From NCBI GenBank assembly GCA_002269645.1, contig NIVC01000010.1:1364001-1428000 (forward strand): a stretch of 64,000 nt of DNA, given 5' to 3'. The translations under genes were made by a program, and so were the position numbers. Position 1 is the stretch's first letter. Every line of letters begins with the position of its first letter. The notes beneath the pieces were generated by a model that had not been told where the DNA came from, did no database searches, and was given only the letters and a program-made list of their open reading frames with translations. Source of the DNA: Macrostomum lignano. Its lineage: Eukaryota. Shown one piece after another: positions 10,101 to 22,200 of the stretch.

Positions 10101-13100
10101 TGGCCCGCTGTCTGGTCAGATCAACCGTGACCCGCCTAGCGATGCTGCAGAAGCGGTTCCACGCCGTTCAAGAGCAATTTGCCGATGTTGACGATTTTCG
10201 TCGTTGCGTGCCGCCGAATGTGCATCGGCTGCTGGAGCTGCTGGCCCGCTTCCGGCCTCGGACAGAGTTTAGCATTGAATTTATTAATGAGAGCTTCGGT
10301 TGCGGAGGCGCTACTAATAGTAATAAGCCCAGCAGTGCCGCTGCTGGTGATAGCGAATTGGTTGGATTGAGCGACGCGGAATCAACTGACTCGGATGAGG
10401 ATGATGGCCGAGGTGGCGGAGTTGAAATCACGGAGCTGAATAATTCCAACTGCTTGCCCTACAAAGTGGTGCCGAAAGTCTCTGATGATGAGCCAACCGA
10501 ACGGCTTAGCGCTCTGGTCTTTGTTCGAGACTGTTTCACCGCCTACGGACTGTGCAAATTGCTTGAAGAAGTGTGCATCTGGGATCCGGAGTTTTTCTTT
10601 GTCAAGCCGGCCTATATGTTCTCGCTGGTTACTAAGCCTAAGCAGCAGAGGGTCACGGACTATTTAAGAAAGTTTCGGCAGGTAAACGTTTCTGTAATCT
10701 GCAAATTGAAAATGTATTGCACCGAATAGCTGGCCTAGTGATGGGGTTGTAACCTAGTGATGGGGTTGTCGCCTAGTGATGGGGTTGTCGCCTAGTGATG
10801 GGGTTGTCGCCTAGTGATGGGGTTGTAGCCTAGTGATGGGGTTGTAGCCTAGTGATGGGGTTGTAGCCTAGTGATGGGGTTGTAGCCTAGTGATGGGGTT
10901 GTAGCCTAGTGATGGGGTTGTAGCCTAGTGATGGGGTTGTAGCCTAGTGATGGGGTTGTAGCCTAGTGATGGGGTTGTAGCCTAGTGATGGGGTTGTAGC
11001 CTAGTGATGGGGTTGTAGCCTAGTGGAGGGGTTGTAGCCTAGTGGAGGGGTTGTAGCCTAGTGGAGGGGTTGTAGCCTAGTGGAGGGGTTGTAGCCTAGT
11101 GGAGGGGTTGTAGCCTAGTGGAGGGGTTGTAGCCTAGTGGAGGGGTTGTAGCCTAGTGATGGGGTTGTAGCCTAGTGATGGGGTTGTAGCCTAGTGATGG
11201 GGTTGTAGCCTAGTGATGGGGTTGTAGCCTAGTGATGGGGTTGTAGCCTAGTGGAGGGGTTGTAGCCTAGTGATGGGGTTGTAGCCTAGTGATGGGGTTG
11301 TAGCCTAGTGATGGGGTTGTAGCCTAGTGATGGGGTTGTAGCCTAGTGGAAGGGTTGTAGCCTAGTGGAGGGGTTGTAGCCTAGTAGAGGGGTTGTAGCC
11401 TAGTGGAGGGCTTGTAGCCTAGTGAAGGGGTTGTAGCCTAGTGATGGGGTTGTAGCCTAGTGGAAGGGTTGTAGCCTAGTGAAGGGGTTGTAGCCTAGTG
11501 ATGGGGTTGTAGCCTAGTGGAAGGGTTGTAGCCTAGTGGAGGGGTTGTAGCCTAGTGGAAGGGTTGTAGCCTAGTGGAGGGCTTGTAGCCTAGTGGAGGG
11601 CTTGTAGCCTAGTGAAGGGGTTGTAGCCTAGTGATGGGGTTGTAGCCTAGTGAAGGGGTTGTAGCCTAGTGGAGGGGTTGTAGCCTAGTGGAGGGGTTGT
11701 AGCCTAGTGGAGGGGTTGTAGCCTAGTGGAGGGGTTGTAGCCTAGTGATGGGGTTGTAGCCTAGTGATGGGGTTGTAGCCTAGTGATGGGGTTGTAGCCT
11801 AGTGATGGGGTTGTAGCCTAGTGGAAGGGGTTGTAGCCTAGTGATGGGGTTGTAGCCTAGTGATGGGGTTGTAGCCTAGTGATTGGGTTGTAGCCTAGTG
11901 GAGGGGTTGTAGCCTAGTGGAGGGGTTGTAGCCTAGTGGAGGGGTTGTAGCCTAGTGGAGGGGTTGTAGCCTAGTGGAGGGGTTGTAGCCTAGTGGAGGG
12001 GTTGTAGCCTAGTGGAGGGGTTGTAGCCTAGTGGAGGGGTTGTAGCCTAGTGGAGGGGTTGTAGCCTAGTGGAGGGGTTGTAGCCTAGTGAAAGGGTTGT
12101 AGCCTAGTGGAGGGGTTGTAGCCTAGTGGAGGGGTTGTAGCCTAGTGGAAGGGGTTGTAGCCTAGTGATTGGGTTGTAGCCTAGTGATGGGGTTGTAGCC
12201 TAGTGATGGGGTTGTAGCCTAGTGGAGGGGTTGTAGCCTAGTGGAGGGGTTGTAGCCTAGTGGAGGGGTTGTAGCCTAGTGGAGGGGTTGTAGCCTAGTG
12301 GAGGGGTTGTAGCCTAGTGGAGGGGTTGTAGCCTAGTGGAGGGGTTGTAGCCTAGTGAAAGGGTTGTAGCCTAGTGGAGGGGTTGTAGCCTAGTGGAGGG
12401 GTTGTAGCCTAGTGGAGGGGTTGTAGCCTAGTGGAGGGCTTGTAGCCTAGTGGAGGGGTTGTAGCCTAGTGGAGGGGTTGTAGCCTAGTGGAGGGGTTGT
12501 AGCCTAGTGAAAGGGTTGTAGCCTAGTGGAGGGGTTGTAGCCTAGTGGAGGGGTTGTAGCCTAGTGGAAGGGGTTGTAGCCTAGTGATGGGGTTGTAGCC
12601 TAGTGATGGGGTTGTAGCCTAGTGATGAGGTTGTAGCCTAGTGGAGGGGTTGTAGCCTAGTGGAGGGGTTGTACGTTGTAGCCTAGTGGAGGGGTTGTAG
12701 CCTAGTGGAGGGGTTGTAGCCTAGTGGAGGGGTTGTAGCCTAGTGGAGGGGTTGTAGCCTAGTGAAAGGGTTGTAGCCTAGTGGAGGGGTTGTAGCCTAG
12801 TGGAGGGGTTGTAGCCTAGTGGAGGGGTTGTAGCCTAGTGGAGGGCTTGTAGCCTAGTGGAGGGGTTGTAGCCTAGTGAGGGCTTGTAGTCTAGTGGAGG
12901 GGTTGTAGCCTAGTGAGGGCTTGTAGCCTAGTTGAGGGGTTGTAGCCTAGTGGTTAGAGCGTCGGGCTCACGACTGAAAGGTCGGGGGTTCGATTCCCGA
13001 TCCCACGGGAACAATTTGTGTCCTTGAGCAAGACACTTAACTCTGCATTGCTTCAGTTCACTTAGCTGAAAAATGGGTGCCAGCATTAGCTAAGGGTAAC

Positions 13101-16100
13101 TGAGTGCGTGTGGCGACCCCCCAGTCCTTGGACTGAACAGCCGTACGCAGCTTTCAGATGCGCCGCGCAATAGCTGCGGCTGAGCTGTCGGCTGCACATC
13201 TGCCCATTAGGGCAGGTGTAATTAAAGATAATTATTATTTTTATATTGAAAACAGTCGTTAGTAAAAACGTAAATGCATATGGATATAGGTCAGCACCCG
13301 GTAATTTAGCCCCGGTAGGATGAATACAAGGAGTCATATAGGTCAGCAGACGGTAATTAGTCCCGGTAGGATGGATACAAGAATGAGTCATATAGGTCAG
13401 CAGACGGTAATTAGTCCCGGTAGGATGGATACAAGAATGAGTCATATAGGTCAGCACCCGGTAATTAGTCCCGGTAGGATGGATACAAGGATGCGTCATA
13501 TAGGTCAGCACCCGGTAATTAGCCCAGGTAGGATGGATACAAGGATGAGTCACATAGGTCAGCACCCGGTAATTAGCCCAGGTAGGATGGATACAAGGAT
13601 GCGTCATATAGTTCAGCACCCGGTAATTAGCCCAGGTAGGATGGATACAAGGATGAGTCACATAGGTCAGCACCCGGTAATTTAGCCCCGGTAGGATGGA
13701 TACAAGAATGAGTCATATAAGTCAGCACCCGGTAAGAATCAGCAGTTAATAATTCATCACTCCCGTAATTTCAGGGCGAGGCCAACCTGCTAGTGGTGAC
13801 GGAAGCAATGGAGAACCTCGGCGACCTGCCCAAATGCAATCTGGTAGTCCGGTTCAATCCGCCGCGCACTTTCAATTCCTATTTTCATTCTAAGAATCGC
13901 GCTCGATCTTTCAATTCAACCTACGCCACCATAGTGACGCCTTGTGACGCAGGTTTCCAAGAAAGTCACGCCGCGTTCAAAGCTACGGAGGAGCTGCTGC
14001 TGCGCAGCGGTGCAGCCTCCGACGAATCTCGGCGACGATTGGCTCGCGGAGATGATTCGCCAATTGCTGACGCCGATGACGAGTCCTCCGAGTCGGAGAC
14101 ATTCGCGCCATTCGGTCTGTCGGGTCCTTCGGTGACTGCGGATGCGGCGATACCCGTGGTGAATCGCTACTGCGCCCGGCTGCCGTCAGATGTTTTTGCC
14201 AGCCTTGTGCCGCTGTGGCAAATTGAGAAGTCGGCTGGTGGCGATGCTTATAGGTTTGTGTAGCTGCACTGGGGGGGGGGGTCGCCACACACAGCCTCAA
14301 TTACCCCAGCTAATGCTGGCACCCATTTTACAGCTGGGGTGAACTGAAGCAATGCAGAGTTATAGTGTCTTGCTCAAGAACACAAATTTTCCAGTGGGAT
14401 CGGGAATCGAACCCTCGACCTTTCAGTCATGAGTCCAACACTCTACTCACTAGGTTACAACCTAAGGACTACTCAAGTAGAAGGACTGGAAACTTCGTTT
14501 CTTGGGGAATTTTAGGAGGCCGGTTTTTCCCAAAAATACGCTACGGAGACAGGAAGTCTTCATTTTTTCAGCAGAGGAGGCAGACCCAATGTTCATCTTT
14601 TGATATGTTTTTGCCTGTCTTATAGCTCTATTGATATTCATAAAGCTTATTCGTTCAGAAAATTTGAATTCTATGTAAATTTTTAATTCTAGGTACATTT
14701 CTTGTACTTAAAAACCATTGAAATGATACGTCTCAGCTCATTGGTTCTACGAATCTATTTTATCATTCTTAGCTGACTGTGTAACAATATGTGCAACAGA
14801 GATGAACGAAAGCTTTATGAATACCAATAGAGCTGTAAGAAAGGCACAATATACCAAAAGATGAACATTGAGTCTGTCTCCTATCAAAGCAATAATAATT
14901 TTTTTCTGCTGAAAAAAATGGAAACTTCCTATCTCCGTAGTGTATTTTTCGGAAAAAAGTTTGTTTAGATGGATGTCCCCTGTGTTTTGCCTGGATGTCC
15001 CCTGTGTTTTGCCTGGATGTCCCCTGTGTTTTACCTGGATGTCCCCTGTGTTTTTACCTAGATGTCCCCTGTGTTTTTACCTAGATGTCCCCTGTGTTTT
15101 TACCTAGATGTCCCCTGTGTTTTTACCTAGATGCCCTCTGTGTTTTTACCTGGATGTCACATGTGTTTTTACCTGGATGTTCCCTGTGCTTTTACCTGGA
15201 TGTCCCCTGTGTTTTTACCTGAATGTCCCCTGTGTTTTTACCTGGATGTCCCCTGTGTTTTTACCTAGATGTCCCCTGTGTTTTACCTGGATGTCACATG
15301 TGTTTTTACCTGGATGTCCCCTGTGTTTTTACCTAGATGTCCCCTGTGTTTTTACCTGGATGTCACCTGTGTTTTTACCTGGATGTCACCTGTGTTTTTA
15401 CCTGAATGTCACATGTGTTTTTACCTGGATGTCCCCTGTGTTTTTACCTAGATGTCCCCTGTGTTTTTACCTAGATGTCCCCTGTGTTTTTGCCTAGATG
15501 TCCCCTGTGTTTTTACCTAGATGCCCTCTGTGTTTTTACCTGGATGTCACATGTGTTTTTACCTGGATGTTCCCTGTGCTTTTACCTGGATGTCCCCTGT
15601 GTTTTTACCTGAATGTCCCCTGTGTTTTTACCTGGATGTCCCCTGTGTTTTTACCTAGATGTCCCCTGTGTGTTTACCTGGATGTCACATGTGTTTTTAC
15701 CTAGATGTCCCCTGTGTTTTTACCTAGATGTCCCCTGTGTTTTTACCTGGATGTCACCTGTGTTTTTACCTGGATGTCACCTGTGTTTTTACCTGGATGT
15801 CACATGTGTTTTTACCTGGATGTCCCCTGTGTTTTTACCTGGATTTCACCTGTGTTTTTACCTGGATGTCCCCTGTGCTTTTACCTGGATGTCCCCTGTG
15901 CTTTTACCTGGATGTCCCCTGTGTGTTTACCTGATTTTCCCCTGTGTGTTTACCTGATTTTCCCCTGTGTGTTTACCTGGATGTCACATGTGTTTTTACC
16001 TGGATGTCCCCTGTGTTTTTACCTAGATGTCCCCTGTGTTTTTACCTAGATGTCACATGTGTTTTTACCTGGATGTCACATGTGTTTTTACCTGGATGTC

Positions 16101-19100
16101 CCCTGTGTTTTTACCTGGATGTCCCCTGTGTTTTTACCTGATGTCCCCTGTGTGTTTACCTGATGTCCCCTGTGTTTTTACCTGATGTCCTCTGTAGCTG
16201 TGTGTTTACCTGATGTCCCCTATGTTTTTACCTGGATGTCCGCCGTGTCTTTACCTAAAGGTTCCTATCTTTCATAAGAGTTCTACCTGAACGTTCATAG
16301 GTGTTAGCCCACATGTATTGAAATTAATGCCCTGCATTCAAGGGCCTCCATAAAGCTTTCTTCTAAATGTTCAACTGCTTTGTCACTCTAACCAATCTAT
16401 TTGCTTGTCAGATGCCGGCTCTGCCTACCCATGAATTCGCCCTGTCGCCGTTCAGTCATCGGCGCCTGGTGCCCGACAGTCCAGTCAGCAAAGTGCAGCG
16501 CCGCGCTGGCTTGCGTCAGAGAGTTGCACTCAGCTGGTCAGCTGGACTCAAATCTGAAGCCGTACAGCAAAGAGGAGCTGGTCAATCTTGCGCACAAGTC
16601 TATCATTCAATCGCCAATGTCAATACTTAGTAATGGTGATGGGGTTATTAGCAATAGCAACACGGGTATTGGTGGTTCGAAACGGCGTCAGGTGTATCAG
16701 AAACAGCTGGCTGCTGAGCTGACCGCTAACCTGCCTGAGCCAGACCTGCCGTGCAGACTGTACCGCATTCGACTGCGACCGGAGCACGTCTGGGCGATGC
16801 CTTCGGCTGCCGTGGCGGCTGCGACTGACCCGGAGCAGCTGATGACCACTTCTAGGTGTCGATCATCGTTTGGACTGATTCTGCGAGATCCTCTGCCTGA
16901 TTGTCTGCCGCTGTTCTGCTTGTATCCGCGGCAGGGGGAGGTAAGTTGAGATGATTCACGCTTACTGATTGGAATAAGGTGGTGCTTAGTGAAGAATCAG
17001 GAGCGGTGCTTAATGAAAGAAATAAGTGGTTCTTAGCAAATTTCTGCCTTCTCTTATTTTCCACAGACCGACGTAGACTTCCCGCTGATTGCGGACTCCC
17101 TGACCCTGTCAGCTGAGCAGCTGAGCCTGCTCAAACGATTCCATCGAGTTCTGTTTCATCGAGTGCTCAGACTGGAGAAAGAAGCCAGCATGACGCCTGA
17201 CTTTGATGAGGCTCCGTTTAAACCTTTGGTGTGCCTGCTAACCCGGCCGGTTAAGGAAGCTGGAGATGATCAAAATGATGAGGATACTGTTAATGCTGAT
17301 GATGAAGCTAGCTGGCAGCTCGACTGGGATCTGGCTGGCCGGGTGGTAGCCTCGGCCGAGTCGCAGTCGGGCGACGCGCCACCGTGCGAAATTCTACCGG
17401 AGAAGCCGTTCAAGTTTCGAGTTGAAGATTTCAACGATTGCGTCATTGTTCCATCCTATAGGAACTTTGACCAGCCGCAGTTCTACTTTGTTAGTCAGGT
17501 ATGAGGGCCTGAGTTTTTGCTCTGCTTTTGCTGACACCTCCCTAAAAATCCACCCCAATAGATCCGAACCACCCCAATAATCCGCCCTAAGAATCCGCTC
17601 CTCTTAAAAATCATTCCCAACAAATCCACCCCTCTCAAGATCCGCCCTAATAATCCGGCCCCTTTGTAAGAATTGCCCTAAGAATCCGCCCTTCTCAAAT
17701 ATTCGCCCGCCTCCCAAAGATCCGCCCTAAGAATCCGCCCCCTCCCGAAGACCCGCCCTAAGAATCCGCCCCTTGTAAAAATCCTCCCTAAAAATCCGCC
17801 TTTTAAAGATCCGCCCTAAAAATCCGCCCTCCTCAAAGATCCGCCCTAAGAATCCGCCCCTCTCCCAAAGATCCGCCCTAAGAATCCGCTCCCTCCAAAG
17901 ATTCGCCTTAAGAATCCGCCCCCTCCCTAAAATCCGCCCTAAGAATCCGCCCCCCTCCCAAAGATGCTCTCTAAGAATCCGCCCCTCAGTAAAAATCTGA
18001 ACTAAGAATCCGCCCCCTCCCTAAAATCCGCCCTAAGAATCCGCTCCCTCCAAAGATTCGCCTTAAGAATCCGCCCCCTCCCTAAAATCCGCCCTAAGAA
18101 TCCGCCCTCTCCTAAAGATCCGCCCTAAGAATCCGCCCCTCGTAAAAATCCTCCCTAAAAATCCGCCTTTCAAAGATCCGCCCCTCTAGTTGATAGTAAT
18201 AGACCTATTTGCTGCAGTATGAGCACGTTCTATTGTCAAAAGTAAAAACACTGGATGACAAGCCATTAATTGATTTATTACAACCGATATTCACCCAATA
18301 TTTTTCTATTGATGCCCTGACAAATTTGCCTCTATCTCACTGCCAGATTCGCTGGGATCTGAATCCAGCCTCGCCATTTCCAACTAGCGCCTACGACAGC
18401 TTTGAAGAATACTATTTGAAAAAGTATAACATCAGATTGACAACACGAGACCAGCCCCTGTTGGATGTTGAGCAGAGCAGTTCACGTTATAATGTACTCA
18501 CGCCAAGGTAGGATTGGGGTGGCTGTTGTTTACTCTTTGATTTTGTTTTTAAGTCCATTGTTTGTCTTACTTTTGTGGTACGCGTTGGTAACGAGATAGA
18601 GTGGTGGGGAAAAGGGAGACGAGAGAAGGGGGGCGCAATGAGAAACAAGAGAGGGAGACAGTGGGGGGGGGGGCAGGAGAGTTAGAAGTAGACGGAAAAG
18701 AGATAAGAGTAAGATAGGAGAGGGAGAGAGGAGAGGGAGACAGTGAGAGAAACGAGATAGCGAACAGGAAAGAGAGAGACACGAGAGGGAGACAGAGACA
18801 GGAGACTGGGAGATATAGAGGTAGACAGAAAGGGAGACAGGGGAAGAAAGAGGTAGGCAGAGAGGGAGACAGGGGAAGAAAGAGGTTGGCAGAGAGGGAG
18901 ACAGGGGAAGAAAGAGGTAGGCAGAGAGGGAGACAGGGGAAGAAAGAGGTTGGCAGAGAGGGAGACAGGGGAAGAAAAAGGTAGGCAGAGAGGGAGACAG
19001 GGGAGGAAGAGGTTGGCAGAGAGGGAGACAGGGGAAGAAAAAGGTAGGCAGAGAGGGAGACAGGGGAGGAAGAGGTAGGCAGAGAGGGAGACAGGGGGTA

Positions 19101-19187
19101 GACAAAAGTAAAAGAGGATTCAAATAGTGCATTAAATATTATTTTAGATTTCTAGACACAGACGGCCGGCCTCTGGGCACCCGGATC

Positions 19188-19225
<38 letters not shown>

Positions 19226-22200
19226 TCCAGTGCAGCAGCAGCCAACTCTCCGCTGCACAAAAGACGAACAGCAGAAGCAGTTATTCATTCCCGAGTTGTG
19301 CTATCGCCATATTGTCCCAGCCTCTGTGTGGCGACAAGCCTGCTGTCTACCCTCCGCTCTCTACCGGCTGAACCACTTGCTCCTGGCAGAATCTCTCCGT
19401 CATCAGATTTCCCAGTCTACTGGAGTCGGCATCGATGCTTTAAATACCATTTCATCTGGCGAGAAGTTGGCCTATTGTGCATTGATTAATTCATCATCAG
19501 TTGCCGCCCAGCAGCAGGGTCAGGCTACCGCTGACGACAAAAACGCCAAGTCGGCGGCACCTGGTGGCGACGCGAATTTCGGAGTGTTCCAATGCAACAG
19601 CGCCGACAATGACGAGGATCCGTTGCTAGGCGAAGCTGGCGATGGTGAAGATGCTGAGTCTACGGACAGCTTTGAAGAGATGGTGACATTTTTTCCTAGC
19701 GTACGACTGGCTGTAAGCCTGTTGCCGAGCTCTGCAGACCTGCTGCAGTGCCTCACCGCGTCCAATGCTGGCGATCTCATGAACTTGGAGCGCCTGGAGA
19801 CGGTGGGTAGCGTATGCAGGGGTGGGGGGGAGGAATGAGAGGCAGGGAGAGGGAAGAGGGGCAGGGAGAGGGAAGAGGGGCAGGGAGAGGGAAGAGGGGC
19901 AGGGAGAGGGAAGAGGGGCAGGGAGAGAGAGAAGCAGGGAGAGGGAAGAGAGGCAGGGAGAGGGAAGAGGGGCAGGGAGAGGGAAGAGGGGCAGGGAGAG
20001 GGAAGAGGGGCAGGGAGAGGGAAGAGGGGCAGGGAGAGGGAAGAGGGGCAGGGAGAGAGAGAAGCAGGGAGAGGGAAGAGGGGCAGGGAGAGGGAAGAGG
20101 GGCAGGGAGAGGGAAGAGGGGCAGGGAGAGAGAGAAGCAGGGAGAGAGAGAGGCAGGGAGAGGGAAGAGGGGCAGGGAGAGAGAGAGGCAGGGAGAGGGA
20201 AGAGGGGCAGGGAGAGGGAAGAGGGGCAGGGAGAGGGAAGAGGGGCAGGGAGAGAGAGAAGCAGGGAGAGGGAAGAGAGGCAGGGAGAGGGAAGAGGGGC
20301 AGGGAGAGGGAAGAGGGGCAGGGAGAGGGAAGAGGGGCAGGGAGAGAGAGAGGCAGGGAGAGGGAAGAGGGGCAGGGAGAGAGAGAGGCAGGGAGAGGGA
20401 AGAGGGGCAGGGAGAGGGAAGAGGGGCAGGGAGAGGGAAGAGGGGCAGGGAGAGAGAGAAGCAGGGAGAGGGAAGAGAGGCAGGGATAGGGAAGAGGGGC
20501 AGGGAGAGGGAAGAGGGGCAGGGAGAGGGAAGAGGGGCAGGGAGAGGGAAGAGGGGCAGGGAGAGGGAAGAGGGGCAGGGAGAGAGAGAAGCAGGGAGAG
20601 GGAAGAGGGGCAGGGAGAGGGAAGAGGGGCAGGGATAGGGAAGAGGGGCAGGGAGAGGGAAGAGGGGCAGGGAGAGGGAAGAGGTGCAGGGAGAGAGAGA
20701 GGCAGGGAGAGGGAAGAGAGGCAGGGAGAGGGAAGAGGGGCAGGGAGAGGGAAGAGAGGCAGGGAGAGGGAAGAGGGGCAGGGAGAGGGAAGAGAGGCAG
20801 GGAGAGGGAAGAGGGGCAGGGAGAGGGTTAGAGAGACCTTGAGAGTGGGATTTTAGAGGCAGTTGCTGTGCGCACCCTGGCGCACTTTGAGCGACATTGT
20901 CACATTGTCACACAACCGGCGAGAGGCATTGCTGTCCATTACGCTGACTCCCCTGAGCAGGCACACAAGCGCGCGGATACGTACGCAGTCATACGCACAG
21001 GCACTCACTCACACAGGAGTGTACAGCGGCCCTAACTATATTTATTGTTAGACATGTACACTTCACTGTGCCTTGGGGGTTGGGCCTCAAAGCTCGAGCA
21101 GAGCCAAGCCGAGATTCCAATTCAGCCCCACGTTCCCCTGGTAGAGAGTGACAGCTGAAGTCACACACAAAAAGCCCAGATGGATCCATCACTCCGATTG
21201 GCCCTCAGGTCGGTGATTCGCTACTAAAATTCGCCGTGACAGTCAGCCTGTACTGTACGAATCCCGGTCTGCACGAGGGCGGCCTGACTCAGCTGCGCAG
21301 CCGGCAGGTGAGCAATTCGCACCTGTACTTGTGCGCGGCGGCCAAAGGCTTAGGCGAACTGATTGTGGCCAACAAATTCGAGCCCAGAGAGAACTGGCTG
21401 CCTCCCGGATTGGTGCTCAAGCAGCAGCAGCAGCAAGCCAGTAAGATTGCCGATTCAAAACCGGCTGAGTCGCTAGCGGTGGAAGCCGGCGCTTCCACTT
21501 CTCCGTCAAATTCTCCAGGCGGACAAGCGCCGCAGAAGCGCAACAAGAAACGGAGCGGCGCCAGAAATCGAGGCAAAGGAAAATCTGCTGGCAGCAGAGG
21601 GGGTGGTGAGTAACTCGGATTTTGGTAGGTCCTGGGTTCGAATCTGCGTTTTTTTTACCCCAGCAGAGGGGGTGGTTAGTACTCGGATTTTAGAAGGTCC
21701 TGAGTTCGAATCTGCGATATTTTGACCTCGCATAGGGTGTGCTGAGTACTCGGATTTTAGAAGGTCCTGAGTTCGAATCTGCGATATTTTGACCTCGCAT
21801 AGGGTGTGGTGAGTACTCGGATTTTAGAAGGTCCTGAGTTCGAATCTGCGATATTTTGACCTCGCATAGGGTGTGGTGAGTACTCGGATTTTAGAAGGTC
21901 CTGAGTTCGAATCTGCGATATTTTGACCTCGCATAGGGTGTGGTGAGTACTCGGATTTAAGAAGGTCCTGAGTTCGAATCTGCGATATTTTGACCTCGCA
22001 TAGGGTGTGGTGAGTACTCGGATTTTAGAAGGTCCTGAGTTCGAATCTGCGATATTTTGACCTCGCATAGGGTGTGGTGAGTACTCGGATTTTAGAAGGT
22101 CCTGAGTTCGAATCTGCGATATTTTGACCCCGCATAGGGTGTGGTGAGTACTCGGATTTTAGAAGGTCCTGAGTTCGAATCTGCGATACTTTGACCTCGC

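Noticed and set aside
12936-13010. Apparent tRNA gene (A and B boxes, CAC/CAT anticodon-like loop); also at 59550-59610 and 14395-14462
   Set aside because: Each continues into a shared CORE-like domain (with an (ATT)n tail in the two full-length copies), and the anticodon differs between copies. These are SINE heads, not tRNA genes.
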